This document shows, one piece after another, positions 27,784 to 37,868 of a stretch of DNA of 64,000 nucleotides. The first letter of the stretch is position 1, and each line of letters opens with the position of its first letter. The position numbers were made by a program, and so were the translations under genes. The notes under the pieces were generated by a model. The model was not told where the DNA came from. It did not search any database and saw nothing but the letters and a program-made list of their open reading frames with translations. Source of the stretch: an archaeon (lineage in GTDB: Archaea; B1Sed10-29; JAJRYS01). The stretch covers positions 5,442 through 69,441 of the forward strand of contig JAJRYS010000018.1 of assembly GCA_024275665.1 (NCBI GenBank), given 5' to 3'.

Positions 27784-28316
27784 AATTCTTTTACTAAAAA
27801 GTTCCTCTTTTTCTCATCTTTTTTAAAGCCCATTTTTTCATAAAAACCAACAGATTTTCTTAAGCTTTTCACAAAAACCTTCCTCACGCCTCTTTTTTTT
27901 AGTTCTTTTAACATGAAGTTAAGTGCTTTTGCTCCGACACCTTTGTCCCTCAGCTCTTCAGGAGCCCCTGCATTATTTGTTAATGCTTCAAAAGGAAAAA
28001 AATAATCTATTATTGCTGTTTTTCCATCTTTTTTTATCATTACTGAAACATTGCCAACAGGAACGCCTTTCTTATGAAATAACTTTTTCCTATAGTTTAA
28101 TTCATTGACAAGGCTTGTTTTTTTTCTCATTTGGTTAATTACTTTTTCATCAACAAAAACTAAGGAAATTAATTCAGTAGACCCATCAATTTTTTTAAAT
28201 TCCATTGGAGAATCAATCCAAGCAATTCCAGGGTTCTTAATTCTATCCTTCATTCTCAGCCTTTTTTTCTCAGCAATCTTACCCCAGGGTGTTTTTGAAC
28301 GATGTTTGTTAGTCAT
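27780..28316 (-). CDS. GNAT family N-acetyltransferase
   Basis: Motif A RDKGVGAKALNFMLKELKKRG and …VGFYEKMGFK. Confidence 0.6.
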   Translation of the reverse strand: MTNKHRSKTPWGKIAEKKRLRMKDRIKNPGIAWIDSPMEFKKIDGSTELISLVFVDEKVINQMRKKTSLVNELNYRKKLFHKKGVPVGNVSVMIKKDGKTAIIDYFFPFEALTNNAGAPEELRDKGVGAKALNFMLKELKKRGVRKVFVKSLRKSVGFYEKMGFKKDEKKRNFLVKEL

Positions 28317-28645
28317 TTTTTCGCCTTCTTCCTGACCACATAATATTTGTTGCGCCTGCCAATGACTTCCTCAACTTCGTGAACCCATTCATTCACTTGC
28401 CGCATTTTCCTTGGAATGAACCAGATGTTGTACATGCCGATTATCAGTACTGCTAAGTTCAAGTATATGAAGATAGAATCACCTAATAACAAGCTATAAG
28501 CAAGCAACAAAGCCACTCCACTACACAAGAGCAGAGAATAAGCTAAAGGCATGTCGCTTTCCTTCTTTTTCCATACTCTTATGGTTGAAGGAAGCCAGGC
28601 TACTACTAGCAATAATGAACCTATAATTCCAATAATTTTAATCAA
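28313..28645 (-). CDS. small membrane protein (3 TM)
   Basis: IGIIGSLLLVVAWL…LLLCSGVALLLAYSLLL…YLNLAVLIIGMY. Confidence 0.4.
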   Translation of the reverse strand: MIKIIGIIGSLLLVVAWLPSTIRVWKKKESDMPLAYSLLLCSGVALLLAYSLLLGDSIFIYLNLAVLIIGMYNIWFIPRKMRQVNEWVHEVEEVIGRRNKYYVVRKKAKK

Positions 28646-29166
28646 AGCTCTTTCCTCCTGTATGTCCCAGTGCTATGAAGTGATATGTTACTTTCATATT
28701 TTCCTTTTTTTTCTCTTAGTATTTCCCCAGATTTTTCTTTTAACATTCTGGCAATAGGTTTTGGGATTTCTTTAAACTTCTTGCGTAGAATAGATAATTT
28801 TTGCCCACTGATATACACTTTTTTCAGAATAACTTTATTCTTATTTCCTCTTGCTATCAAGCACAAAGCATCATATTCTTCAGGAGAAAGTTCTAATGTT
28901 TTTTCTTTATTGAGAGGGATTAGTACAACTTCTCTTTTTCTTATTTTTTTCCTATTATTTTTATGAATTATTTCTTCTTCGAGAGTAGTATGTATTGGAA
29001 AAGGAAATAATATTGGCCGCATGATGTTTTCTTTTTTTATTTCAGGAAGGTTTTTTGCGTTCTTAACATTCTTTGTTAAATATGAGCTTAAGTTTGACTT
29101 TTTACCTATTAAGAGTTGATGGAGCCCCCTTTTCCGCGTTTTCATATGCTCATCTCCTTTTAACAC
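28642..29166 (-). CDS. hypothetical protein with possible GerE/LuxR-like HTH
   Basis: LSPEEYDALCLIARGNKNKVILKKVYISGQKLSILRKKF resembles LuxR-type HTH. Confidence 0.3.
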   Translation of the reverse strand: MLKGDEHMKTRKRGLHQLLIGKKSNLSSYLTKNVKNAKNLPEIKKENIMRPILFPFPIHTTLEEEIIHKNNRKKIRKREVVLIPLNKEKTLELSPEEYDALCLIARGNKNKVILKKVYISGQKLSILRKKFKEIPKPIARMLKEKSGEILREKKGKYESNISLHSTGTYRRKEL

Positions 29167-29668
29167 TTTTCCAAGCTTCTTTTTTTCTCTTTTTAATTTC
29201 CTCTTCTTGTTTTTTAATCAAGTCCCTGAAATAATTTTTAACCCTCTTTGATTGGAATGAATCATCTAATTTAAGAAACATTGCTGCTTGTTCCAACAGT
29301 TCCTGCTTCCTTTTATCAATGCTAAACTTTCTTGCAAGTTTTTTTCCTTTCTTAATGTCTGTTAACATCGTTCCAAATACCTTTTCTTCTTTACCAGGTC
29401 TTATTACTAAACCTTTCCCCTTTGGAAGAAAGAATACTCTTCGCACTCCCCCCTTTTCGTCAAGGTAGGTTTCTATGAAAAGAGGTTGCATGAAAACATT
29501 TTTTTCAAGGCCTCTTTCCATCATCTTTGCTTTTATCTCCTTATCTTTTGCAAGGTCTTTTATTATTGTGCGGGAAACTACAGTTTTTTTTCCTTTAAGT
29601 ATTCTTCCTATATCTGTGAATATGCGAGTATATTGTGTTAGTTTAGGATTTTTTTTAACTCTCCTCAT
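29150..29668 (-). CDS. hypothetical basic protein
   Basis: 172 aa; first gene of overlapping five-gene operon. Confidence 0.35.
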   Translation of the reverse strand: MRRVKKNPKLTQYTRIFTDIGRILKGKKTVVSRTIIKDLAKDKEIKAKMMERGLEKNVFMQPLFIETYLDEKGGVRRVFFLPKGKGLVIRPGKEEKVFGTMLTDIKKGKKLARKFSIDKRKQELLEQAAMFLKLDDSFQSKRVKNYFRDLIKKQEEEIKKRKKEAWKSVKRR

Positions 29669-29754
29669 TTAATCAACCTTTTTTGGTAGTGTCTTTTTAA
29701 ATCTTGTTTTTCTTTGCTCATTATTTTTATTCTTTTCTTATTATAAAATAAGGC

Positions 29755-30513
29755 ATGGTGATTAATGAAGAGGAGTTTCAAGAAGTAAGAAAAGCTGTTG
29801 AAGGAAAGAAAACCCTGATCCTTGTTGGTAATTGTTATGCAGAATATTATGGGCGTGCTACTTCTAAGATTGCTGAAGGAGACCGCATAGTAATCATAAA
29901 ACGTGATGGGAGTTTCTTAGTGCATCAGAACAAAAAACTAGCAGCCATCAATTACCAACCCCCGAATTCCAGAGTGTCATGCGAATTGCTTGACGGGTGC
30001 TTGTTGCTGCAAGCGAGGAATCCTAAGAAGAAGGAAATGCTGAAGGTTCTCTTCAATAAATTGTATTATGCCGGCTCTTTTGAATTGAAAGATGATGAAA
30101 ACATCACAGTGTTTGCTACGGAGGAAGACCTTGCCAGGGATTTGATGCAGGACTTGTCAGTAATAGAAGAAGGACTGGTTCCTTTGAAGAACGAGGCAAT
30201 GGTATTGAAAGGGTTCATTGACATCCTGGCAGAAGACAAGCAAGGAAGGCTCGTAGTGATAGAAGTTAAGAGAAGGGTAGCTACTCTTGACGCTGTTTCG
30301 CAGTTGAAAAGGTATGTTGCAGAAGTAATGAAGGAGAAGAACAAGCCAGTGCGCGGCATTCTCTGTGCTCCCAGCATTTCCCCCAATGCTCATGCGTACC
30401 TACTGAGAGAAGGGTTTGAGTACAGGAAAATAGAATACGACCCTCTTAACAAGGAGAAATGGATTAAAGGAGTTTCAAAAAAACAAAAACCATTAGCAGA
30501 GTTCATGAGCTGA
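29755..30513 (+). CDS. nucS: endonuclease NucS (EndoMS)
   Basis: RecB-like nuclease motifs IDILAED…LVVIEVKRR…QLKRY; 252 aa two-domain size. Confidence 0.75.
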   Translation: MVINEEEFQEVRKAVEGKKTLILVGNCYAEYYGRATSKIAEGDRIVIIKRDGSFLVHQNKKLAAINYQPPNSRVSCELLDGCLLLQARNPKKKEMLKVLFNKLYYAGSFELKDDENITVFATEEDLARDLMQDLSVIEEGLVPLKNEAMVLKGFIDILAEDKQGRLVVIEVKRRVATLDAVSQLKRYVAEVMKEKNKPVRGILCAPSISPNAHAYLLREGFEYRKIEYDPLNKEKWIKGVSKKQKPLAEFMS

Positions 30514-30516
30514 GCA

Positions 30517-31308
30517 ATGATGACTGTTTGTGTGGTTTTCTCAACCAAAGACGTTGCAAGCATGAACATTTTCAACAACATTACTTCAATCACTGAGTTT
30601 GAACCTACTGGTTATCCTTTTGACGGCTTTGAAGTATTGAAACACGGCAAGGTTGAATTACTGCGCACTAACGAACAATTAGTGTTCTTCGAGAGAATTA
30701 ACAGCCTTGATTATGACGAATTCATATTCGCAAGCAAGCATTCTTCCCAAAGCAAGAAACCAACACTCACAGTGCATGCTTGCGGTAATTTCGGGCCAGC
30801 TGACTTAGGAGGAAAGCCTAATACTCTTTCTAATGCTAACGCATTACGCATGCTTTCATTGTACAAAGGATTAATAGAGAAGCAGTTGAGTGGTTTTGAG
30901 GTTTCTCTTGAAGTAACTCATCACGGTCCTTTCGTGGAAAAGCCCCATGCTTGGATTGAAATAGGTTCAAGCATAGAACAGTGGGAAAATGAAAAAGTGG
31001 GGGGAACAGTTGCTGAAGTGATACTTAATTCTTTGAAAAAACCACTGCCAACAGCTCCCGTTGTGATAGGGATTGGAGGAGGACATTATGCTGTTAAGTT
31101 TTCTGAAATGGAAGGAGGGTATGCATTTGGTCACATCATGCCGAAGTACGCGCAAAACTATTTTAACAAGGACATTCTTGAACAAATGATTAACAAAACC
31201 ATTTCTAAGCCAGAGAGGATAATAATTGAAAAGAAGGGAGTAAAAGCACAGCAAGAGTTAAGGGAAAAGATAAGCAAATGGACAGAACTTGAGATTGTAA
31301 CAGTGTGA
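30517..31308 (+). CDS. dtdA: D-aminoacyl-tRNA deacylase, archaeal type
   Basis: 263 aa, N-terminus MMTVCVVFSTKDVASMNI typical of DtdA/GEK1 family. Confidence 0.5.
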   Translation: MMTVCVVFSTKDVASMNIFNNITSITEFEPTGYPFDGFEVLKHGKVELLRTNEQLVFFERINSLDYDEFIFASKHSSQSKKPTLTVHACGNFGPADLGGKPNTLSNANALRMLSLYKGLIEKQLSGFEVSLEVTHHGPFVEKPHAWIEIGSSIEQWENEKVGGTVAEVILNSLKKPLPTAPVVIGIGGGHYAVKFSEMEGGYAFGHIMPKYAQNYFNKDILEQMINKTISKPERIIIEKKGVKAQQELREKISKWTELEIVTV

Positions 31309-31315
31309 GGTGTGA

Positions 31316-32467
31316 TTGTTGCATTTGTCTTACTTGTATTTCATCACGCGCACAAAGATGAAGGAGACAATGATAGAACTTTACACTACTAGAATGCTTA
31401 GGGCAATGGCTTATTCCCTTATCGGAGTATTCATTCCAATATACTTGCTTAATCTTGGTTTTTCCTTTCAACAAGTAGTATTATACCTGCTGGTGAAGTA
31501 TGTGGTTGCTGGTGTTGTTTCTCCTGTCGTTCCTTTCATTCAGAGGAAGACAGGAGTGAAGCACACTATATTCCTGTCAACATTGTTCTTGTCGGTTTTT
31601 TTCTTAATGCTTTATTCCATTCAGCAGTATCATTGGAACATCTTCTTATTAGCAGTATTGCAGGGTTTTGATCTGATGTTTTTTTGGGTTCCTCTTAATT
31701 CAGAGTTTGTTTCACGTTCTTCTTCAAAACACGTTGGCAAGCAGATGAGCGTGTTGCTCGCTATTCCAAGAGTAATTTCAATATCAGCTCCTTTCATAGG
31801 GGCTTTGGTGATTTCTTACTTCAATTTTGACGTCCTGCTGATAATTTCTTTACTTATAATAATAAGCTCTTCTTTCCCATTATTCTTAAGCAGGGAGGAT
31901 TTTTTCAAAACAAAGAGGATTAAAAAAGTTTTTTCTTCGAAAATCAACAAGAAGTATTCTCTTCTTTACTTCTCAAAAGGAATGATCTCAGTCTCTTTAT
32001 ACCTGTGGCCTTTGTTTGCTTATTATGCTTTGAAAGAATACTTATTCGTTGGAGGCGTTTCTACTTTCAGGAGCGTCGCAGGCCTTTTAATAACCTTGCT
32101 AATGGGATGGCTTTCTGACGAAACAAGCCTTCCAAAACTTGTTAGGATAACTTCTGCGTTGTCTTTCTTTTCATGGTTAGTAGTAATTGCAGTTCCTTCT
32201 TCTCCTCTCACAGTTGCTTTGCTTTCTTTCCTGGTTGGCTCTTCTTTCATTGCTTTCTCAATACCCACTTTTTCTTTAGTATGCAGGGATAAAGTCAAGG
32301 GAGAAGAACTGGACATGATGACTTTTAGGGAAGTTGTTTTGAACGTTGGAAGAGCAGTGTCTTTAATGCTGGTATTGTTGGTTCCTTTTGAAAAAGCTTT
32401 TGCAACTGCTTTCATAGCGTCTGCTGCTGCTTCTGCATTACTGTTTTTATGGGCTAAGCATTTTTAA
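31316..32467 (+). CDS. polytopic membrane transporter-like protein (about 11-12 TM)
   Basis: Hydrophobicity pattern; MFS-like. Confidence 0.4.
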   Translation: MLHLSYLYFITRTKMKETMIELYTTRMLRAMAYSLIGVFIPIYLLNLGFSFQQVVLYLLVKYVVAGVVSPVVPFIQRKTGVKHTIFLSTLFLSVFFLMLYSIQQYHWNIFLLAVLQGFDLMFFWVPLNSEFVSRSSSKHVGKQMSVLLAIPRVISISAPFIGALVISYFNFDVLLIISLLIIISSSFPLFLSREDFFKTKRIKKVFSSKINKKYSLLYFSKGMISVSLYLWPLFAYYALKEYLFVGGVSTFRSVAGLLITLLMGWLSDETSLPKLVRITSALSFFSWLVVIAVPSSPLTVALLSFLVGSSFIAFSIPTFSLVCRDKVKGEELDMMTFREVVLNVGRAVSLMLVLLVPFEKAFATAFIASAAASALLFLWAKHF

Positions 32468-33827
32468 GCTGTTCTCCTATTTTTTTGTTAAGCTCTTCTA
32501 AGAATTCTTTCACTTTGTTTGCTGGAATGGTTGCTCCTGCTGCTATATCGTGCCCTCCTCCTGCACCTTCAAAACAAGAAGTTATTTCTTTCAAAGCCTT
32601 GCCTAAGTCAAGGCCTTTGCTTACCAAGCGCTTGGTACCGCGTGCTGATATTTTTATAGTGCCGTCTTCTTTCACTGCAAGAGTGATTATTGGTTTATCC
32701 TGCTTTATTTCTCTTGTTCCGTAAAGCATTCCAGCAATAGTCCCAACTATGCTGTCTTTTATGTTTAAACCAGCATTGAAGTAATAAATGTTTTCTTTTT
32801 CTTTCACTCCTTGTTTTTGAACAAATTCAATACCATCCCTTAGCATTTTCCTATGCTTTTGAAGGAGTTTTTCCGCTTTTCTAAGAGCCTCTCCTCTATC
32901 TCCCATTAACACTCTGACTCCTAATTCTCCTGCTTCATGCCTGCCACATGCATTCAGTATTGTTGAAAACTCTTTAGCATCTTTCAAAGGAGTCTTGTCA
33001 GGTTCTTTAACAAGCTCGTACACTTCTCCTATAAGCCCTTTTAACAAGAACTCAGGAGCCCCATGCTCTTTAGCATAAATATAAATTGCAGTTACTAATC
33101 TTTTTTTTTCATCCTCTGTCAAGTCGCAGTAATACCTCCATTCTTTCTTTTCATTAACAAGATTTATTCCTATTTTTTTCAAGAACCCTGCGCATGCTTC
33201 TTCGTTAGCAGTTAAACCAGGAAGGAAGGGGTCAGTAGAGTAGGATAAGAATTGTATTAATGGGCGTGAATGTCTTCCATACATTCGAATGTCTTTCTTA
33301 ACTATTACTTCTCCTGCTTCTTCTGCTTCTTTTAACAATTCCCTGTTCTTGCCTATCAACCTTCCTTCTTTGTCTTGCTGGTCTCCAACAGCACCTATTA
33401 TTGCAAGTTTTGCAAGGTCTTTGTTGTTTCCAAAAGAACGAGCTAGTAAGTAAACCATTCCAGCTCCGCTTATTTCAGTTGATCCATCAAAACCTTCCAA
33501 ATGAGCATTGTAATGAGGGATTGTTGTTTGTTTTTCAGGCTGGTGGTGGTCTATTATTGCTATTTCTTTTCCTTTTAGTTTTTCCTCTATTCTTGAAATA
33601 CTGCTTGAACCAAGGTCAACAAATAGCAAAGTCTCATTTTTTTCTTTTATTTTGTCTAACTCATTCGGCTCCAATGATTTTAGTATTATGAATGAGTACT
33701 TTTTGTTAAGTCTTTCAAGCATCAAGCAAGCAATAGCAGTGCTTGACAAACCATCAGCATCATAATGCCCTACTACTAAGAAGCAGTTGTTTTTTTCTAT
33801 GAATTTTTTAACATCTTGTAACCCCAT
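32454..33827 (-). CDS. DHH-family phosphoesterase, RecJ/GAN-like
   Basis: Motifs GHYDADGLSS, DHH (IIDHHQP), GGGH near C-terminus (GAGGGHDIAAG). Confidence 0.7.
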   Translation of the reverse strand: MGLQDVKKFIEKNNCFLVVGHYDADGLSSTAIACLMLERLNKKYSFIILKSLEPNELDKIKEKNETLLFVDLGSSSISRIEEKLKGKEIAIIDHHQPEKQTTIPHYNAHLEGFDGSTEISGAGMVYLLARSFGNNKDLAKLAIIGAVGDQQDKEGRLIGKNRELLKEAEEAGEVIVKKDIRMYGRHSRPLIQFLSYSTDPFLPGLTANEEACAGFLKKIGINLVNEKKEWRYYCDLTEDEKKRLVTAIYIYAKEHGAPEFLLKGLIGEVYELVKEPDKTPLKDAKEFSTILNACGRHEAGELGVRVLMGDRGEALRKAEKLLQKHRKMLRDGIEFVQKQGVKEKENIYYFNAGLNIKDSIVGTIAGMLYGTREIKQDKPIITLAVKEDGTIKISARGTKRLVSKGLDLGKALKEITSCFEGAGGGHDIAAGATIPANKVKEFLEELNKKIGEQLKNA

Positions 33828-33879
33828 AACTCTTTTTTTAGTATTTTATTCTATTTATTCCCTGCACAACTGTTTTTAA

Positions 33880-34536
33880 ATGATTAAAAAGAAAAATAAT
33901 AATAGTATGGAAGAAAAGAGTTTGGAAGAACAGTTAGAGGAATGCAGGCAAAAAATGAAGCAATATTACTACAAAAACCTGCTTTTTGACTTGTTGATTG
34001 AGAGATATGGAGATTACATAAGAACGAATGAAGCAAAAACAATTCAAGACCTTAAGAGAATGATACAGCCTGAAGAAGAAGGGATAAGAAACATAGCTAA
34101 TGATATAATAAGAAGCATTCCTGACTACAATCCGGAAAAAGACTTGGAAAAAACACTGAATAAAGCATACGAATATGTGTGTGAAAACATACAATCTGTG
34201 CCTTCTCTTGGGATTAACTTTTGGATGACTGTTAAAGAAATATTAAAACATAAAGTGTCTGACTATGAAGATAAAGCGATTTTTACCTGTTCTCTTTTCA
34301 GAGCATTAGGAGCCGATGCAAGCGTGCTTATAGTGAAAATGCAAGGAGGTACCAATAGGCCATTAGTGTTAGTTCGTTTGAAAGATTCTGATTTACTATG
34401 CGACCCTAATCACAGACACGATTTTTTCAAGTACAAAAAACCATTGCCAATAGCCATAAAAGAATTTGAAGAAGAAGGAAGAATTGAAAAAGTGTTGTAT
34501 GAGTTTAATGACGAGAAGTACGTTGACTATGAGTAA
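33880..34536 (+). CDS. transglutaminase-like putative cysteine protease
   Basis: FTCSLFRALGADASVLIV…CDPNHRHD suggests a Cys-His-Asp core. Confidence 0.35.
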   Translation: MIKKKNNNSMEEKSLEEQLEECRQKMKQYYYKNLLFDLLIERYGDYIRTNEAKTIQDLKRMIQPEEEGIRNIANDIIRSIPDYNPEKDLEKTLNKAYEYVCENIQSVPSLGINFWMTVKEILKHKVSDYEDKAIFTCSLFRALGADASVLIVKMQGGTNRPLVLVRLKDSDLLCDPNHRHDFFKYKKPLPIAIKEFEEEGRIEKVLYEFNDEKYVDYE

Positions 34537-34603
34537 GTTGTTGTTTTGAAAACAAAAAGTTTATATGCTGTTGTTTTGAAAACTTACAAGAAGGTGTTTT
34601 ATA

Positions 34604-34786
34604 ATGGCTGTCAAAGCAGATAGGGATAAATGCATTTATTGTGGTGGGTGCACTGCAGTATGCCCTGTTAATGCGCTTACCCTTAAAGAAACCAGGATTG
34701 AGTGTGATGCTTCTAAATGCACTGATTGTGGGCTATGCATTAAGTTCTGTCCAGTAGGTGCTTTAAGCAAAGTAAAAAAGGAATGA
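34604..34786 (+). CDS. 2x[4Fe-4S] ferredoxin
   Basis: CIYCGGCTAVCP and CTDCGLCIKFCP. Confidence 0.8.
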   Translation: MAVKADRDKCIYCGGCTAVCPVNALTLKETRIECDASKCTDCGLCIKFCPVGALSKVKKE

Positions 34787-36000
34787 TGATTATTATGAGG
34801 TTTGAAGAGGAATATGATGTAGTGATAGTGGGAGCAGGCCCAGGAGGAAGCATAGCTGCCCGCGAGTTTGCGAAAAGAGGATTAAGTACTCTCGTAATAG
34901 AAAGAAGGCAAGAGATAGGAGCACCAGTACGCTGTGGAGAAGGTCTTGGAGAAGTATGGATGAAAAAAGCAGAACTGGAATACGACCCTACTTGGTGCTT
35001 GCAGGAAATGAGAGGAGCAGTGTTATATGCTCCTAATGGAAAGCCAGTGAAAATACCAACAGATAACAAGGGCTACGTGATTGAGAGGAAAATGTTTGAG
35101 AAAAAACTAGCAGCACAAGCAATAAGAGAAGGAGCACAATACCTTGTAAAAACACAAGTTTATGACGTTATAAAAGACGAGAAAGGTTTTGTAGCAGGAG
35201 TAAAAACAAAAGGAGGCTTGCTTGGAGCAAGAGACTTCAAAGCAAAACTGGTAATAGCAGCTGACGGAGTGGATTCTCAGACAGCAAAATATGCTGGTAT
35301 TAACACTTTCAACCCATTATCAGAAGTAGACTCAGGCTATGAGTATGAAATGGCTGGCTTGAAAATGGATGATCCTCACATGATCCACTTATACGTTGGA
35401 ACCGAAATAGCTCCAAGAGGATATGTTTGGATCTTCCCGAAAGGAAAAGACACTGCAAACGTTGGAATAGGAATAGCAGGAGACAACCAGCAGACAGCAA
35501 AGCACTATTTGGACAAGTTCATAGCAAGCCATCCTGAGATTTTTGAAAAAGCAGGAGCTTACGAAGAGAAAGGAGGATGCGTTCCAGTAGGAGCTCCTCT
35601 TGAAAAGCCTTATGCTGACGGCTTGATGATAATAGGAGACGCTGCTCACATGGTCAACCCTATTCACGGAGGAGGAATGGGCACTGCAATGGAAGCAGCA
35701 GTAATAGCAGCAAGAATAGGAGCAGAAGCAGTAAGCAGAGGAGATGTGTCAGAACAAGCCTTGAAACCTTTTGCTGATGAATGGTTTAAAGAGAGAGGGG
35801 AACAGCTTAAGAGAGTATTGAAAGTGAGGAAGTTCTTTGAAAAGCTATCAGACGATGACATGAATTACTTGGCAGACGTGTTCATAAACGACACTGACTT
35901 ATTACTGCGTTTCAGTGATGGTGACAAGTTCTCTTCAGCAGTAAAACTCTTCGCCAAACACCCTAAATTAGCATTACTTGCTGCGAAAATGCTGGTATGA
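34783..36000 (+). CDS. geranylgeranyl reductase (digeranylgeranylglycerophospholipid reductase family)
   Basis: FAD-binding VVIVGAGPGGSIAAREFAKRG, 405 aa, coupled to ferredoxin by 4-nt overlap. Confidence 0.8.
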   Translation: MMIIMRFEEEYDVVIVGAGPGGSIAAREFAKRGLSTLVIERRQEIGAPVRCGEGLGEVWMKKAELEYDPTWCLQEMRGAVLYAPNGKPVKIPTDNKGYVIERKMFEKKLAAQAIREGAQYLVKTQVYDVIKDEKGFVAGVKTKGGLLGARDFKAKLVIAADGVDSQTAKYAGINTFNPLSEVDSGYEYEMAGLKMDDPHMIHLYVGTEIAPRGYVWIFPKGKDTANVGIGIAGDNQQTAKHYLDKFIASHPEIFEKAGAYEEKGGCVPVGAPLEKPYADGLMIIGDAAHMVNPIHGGGMGTAMEAAVIAARIGAEAVSRGDVSEQALKPFADEWFKERGEQLKRVLKVRKFFEKLSDDDMNYLADVFINDTDLLLRFSDGDKFSSAVKLFAKHPKLALLAAKMLV

Positions 36001-36805
36001 AGCCATGAAAGCAAAAGACACTGCTTCATTATGTCTTCTGATAACTCTTGCTTATTTAGTGCTTTCAAAAGATTATGTTTATATCCCATGGCAGTACTTG
36101 AAAGAATACGGTTTCTTGTTATCAAATCCTTTAACTGTTTTTTCTTATGCGTTCTTGCACATAAGCCCAACTCACTTAATAAGCAACTTGTTACTTTTAG
36201 TGCTTGTAGGAGTAATAGCAGAAGAAAAAATAAGTTCAAAAGAATACTACGCAGTGTTTTTTTCATCAGCAATAATAGCTGCTGTTGTCTTTGCCTTGCT
36301 TGTTCCCAACACTATTCTCGTAGGAGCTTCTGCTGCTATTTCAGGAGTATTAGCAATAGCATTTTTCGTGGATTTTAAAAAGACGATAATAACAGTGTTA
36401 ATATTTTCTCTTGTTCTCCCTCCTGTTACTTCTGTGATAAACACTCAAGTTCAACATTATTACTCTTCATTAGTAGTTGAAAAGCAGTCACTTGAAGAAA
36501 AGCAAAAAACAATAGAGATAGAAATATCAAAAGCTGTTAAGGAGAATAACACAGCGCTTGTTGAAAAACTACATGAGGAAAAACAAAAAATAATTGTTGA
36601 AAAACAGAAAAAAGAAGCGTTAACTACTGCAATAGAAGAAGGCAAGGAAAGAGAAAAGCAAGCAGTAGTAATGCAAGTAGTTCACGTGGCAGGAGCTCTT
36701 ACAGGAGTAGTGTTTTTGCTGTTGTTTAGGAAAGACATATTGATTAATATCCCAGAACAGTTTGAGGATTTATTGAATCATGTTTTTATTCAGAGAAAAA
36801 CTTAA
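35978..36805 (+). CDS. rhomboid-family intramembrane protease with C-terminal coiled coil
   Basis: GASAAISGVLAIAF (GxSG) and VHVAGALTGV (AHxxGxxxG). Confidence 0.55.
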   Translation: MLRKCWYEAMKAKDTASLCLLITLAYLVLSKDYVYIPWQYLKEYGFLLSNPLTVFSYAFLHISPTHLISNLLLLVLVGVIAEEKISSKEYYAVFFSSAIIAAVVFALLVPNTILVGASAAISGVLAIAFFVDFKKTIITVLIFSLVLPPVTSVINTQVQHYYSSLVVEKQSLEEKQKTIEIEISKAVKENNTALVEKLHEEKQKIIVEKQKKEALTTAIEEGKEREKQAVVMQVVHVAGALTGVVFLLLFRKDILINIPEQFEDLLNHVFIQRKT

Positions 36806-36813
36806 TACACCAC

Positions 36814-37602
36814 ATGAAGAAGCAGTCAATCTCAAACCACTTACTCGGACTGGTTGTAAGAGAATTAAATGAATGCCTTGTTGGAAAAAGACTTGACAAA
36901 GTGCAGCAAGTAGGAGCAGAATTGTTCAAATTTTCTTTTTCTCCTGGAAGCAAAAAGCTCTTAATAGAACCAGGGGTGAGAATCCACTTGACGGAGTATG
37001 ATTATAAAGCACCATTACAAGCTTCTAATGCTGCGATGTTCTTAAGGAAGAGGCTAAAGGGAAAGAAGTTATTATCAGTTGAAAAAAAGACGAATGACAG
37101 AGTAGTAGTGTTTGACTTCGAAGAATACTTCCTAATAGCAGAGTTTTTCTCTCACGGGAATCTCGTGCTTACTGACAAGGATTACAACATTTTGTTCACT
37201 TTTAGGAAAGAGCAGTGGAAAGACAGAGAGCTTAAGAAGGGAGTTGATTACAAGTTTCCTTCAAACCCTGTCAAGCCAAAAAAAGACTACTCTCCCTTGT
37301 TGAGAGAGGTTGTTGAAAAAGCAGAAAGCATTAACAAGGCTCTCGACCAATACTATTCAGAGAAAGCAGTTGAAAAAGAAAACCCTCAGCTCCAAAAGCT
37401 GCGTAGAAGGCTTGAAATGCAGGAAAAAACAATAAAAGAGTATGAAAAACAAGCAGATGAAGAAAAAGCCAAAGCTGATTGGATTTACGAGAAGTACGAA
37501 CTTGTTGAAAAAGCCTTGCAGTTATTCAAGCAAGGGAAGAAGAAAGAACTTGAAGAAATAGGCGTGAAAATAATTAATGGTAAAATGGTGTTCGAGGTTT
37601 AA
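36814..37602 (+). CDS. NFACT-N domain protein (Rqc2/FbpA-like, short form)
   Basis: N-terminal LLGLVVRELNECLVGKRLDKVQQVGAELFKFSF pattern. Confidence 0.4.
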   Translation: MKKQSISNHLLGLVVRELNECLVGKRLDKVQQVGAELFKFSFSPGSKKLLIEPGVRIHLTEYDYKAPLQASNAAMFLRKRLKGKKLLSVEKKTNDRVVVFDFEEYFLIAEFFSHGNLVLTDKDYNILFTFRKEQWKDRELKKGVDYKFPSNPVKPKKDYSPLLREVVEKAESINKALDQYYSEKAVEKENPQLQKLRRRLEMQEKTIKEYEKQADEEKAKADWIYEKYELVEKALQLFKQGKKKELEEIGVKIINGKMVFEV

Positions 37603-37868
37603 ACAAGCATTCCTTCATCAACGACTATAACGTCGCTTACTGCGAACACTGACTTGAAAGGAACCATTTCCATTCCATCATGCTTCATGAGGTTCCTCGC
37701 CACTCTTGAATCAGCATTTGGTTCTATTATGAATGCTTCTATCTTGCTGTTTGTTTCATCAATGAGCACGTCTTTTACTCTTCCTATTTCTTCTCCCTTG
37801 TTAGTTATTACTCTCTTTCCGCCTAGTTGTCTTGCGATTACGAATTTTTTAGCAGCCATTACTAACAC
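37599..37868 (-). CDS. PRC-barrel domain protein
   Basis: GEEIGRVKDVLIDETNSKIEAFII. Confidence 0.5.
   Translation of the reverse strand: MLVMAAKKFVIARQLGGKRVITNKGEEIGRVKDVLIDETNSKIEAFIIEPNADSRVARNLMKHDGMEMVPFKSVFAVSDVIVVDEGMLV

Noticed and set aside
20508-29700. Integrated element at tRNA-Met
   Set aside because: No integrase/recombinase ORF and no direct repeat of the tRNA 3' end found within the window; treated as accessory region rather than a defined mobile element
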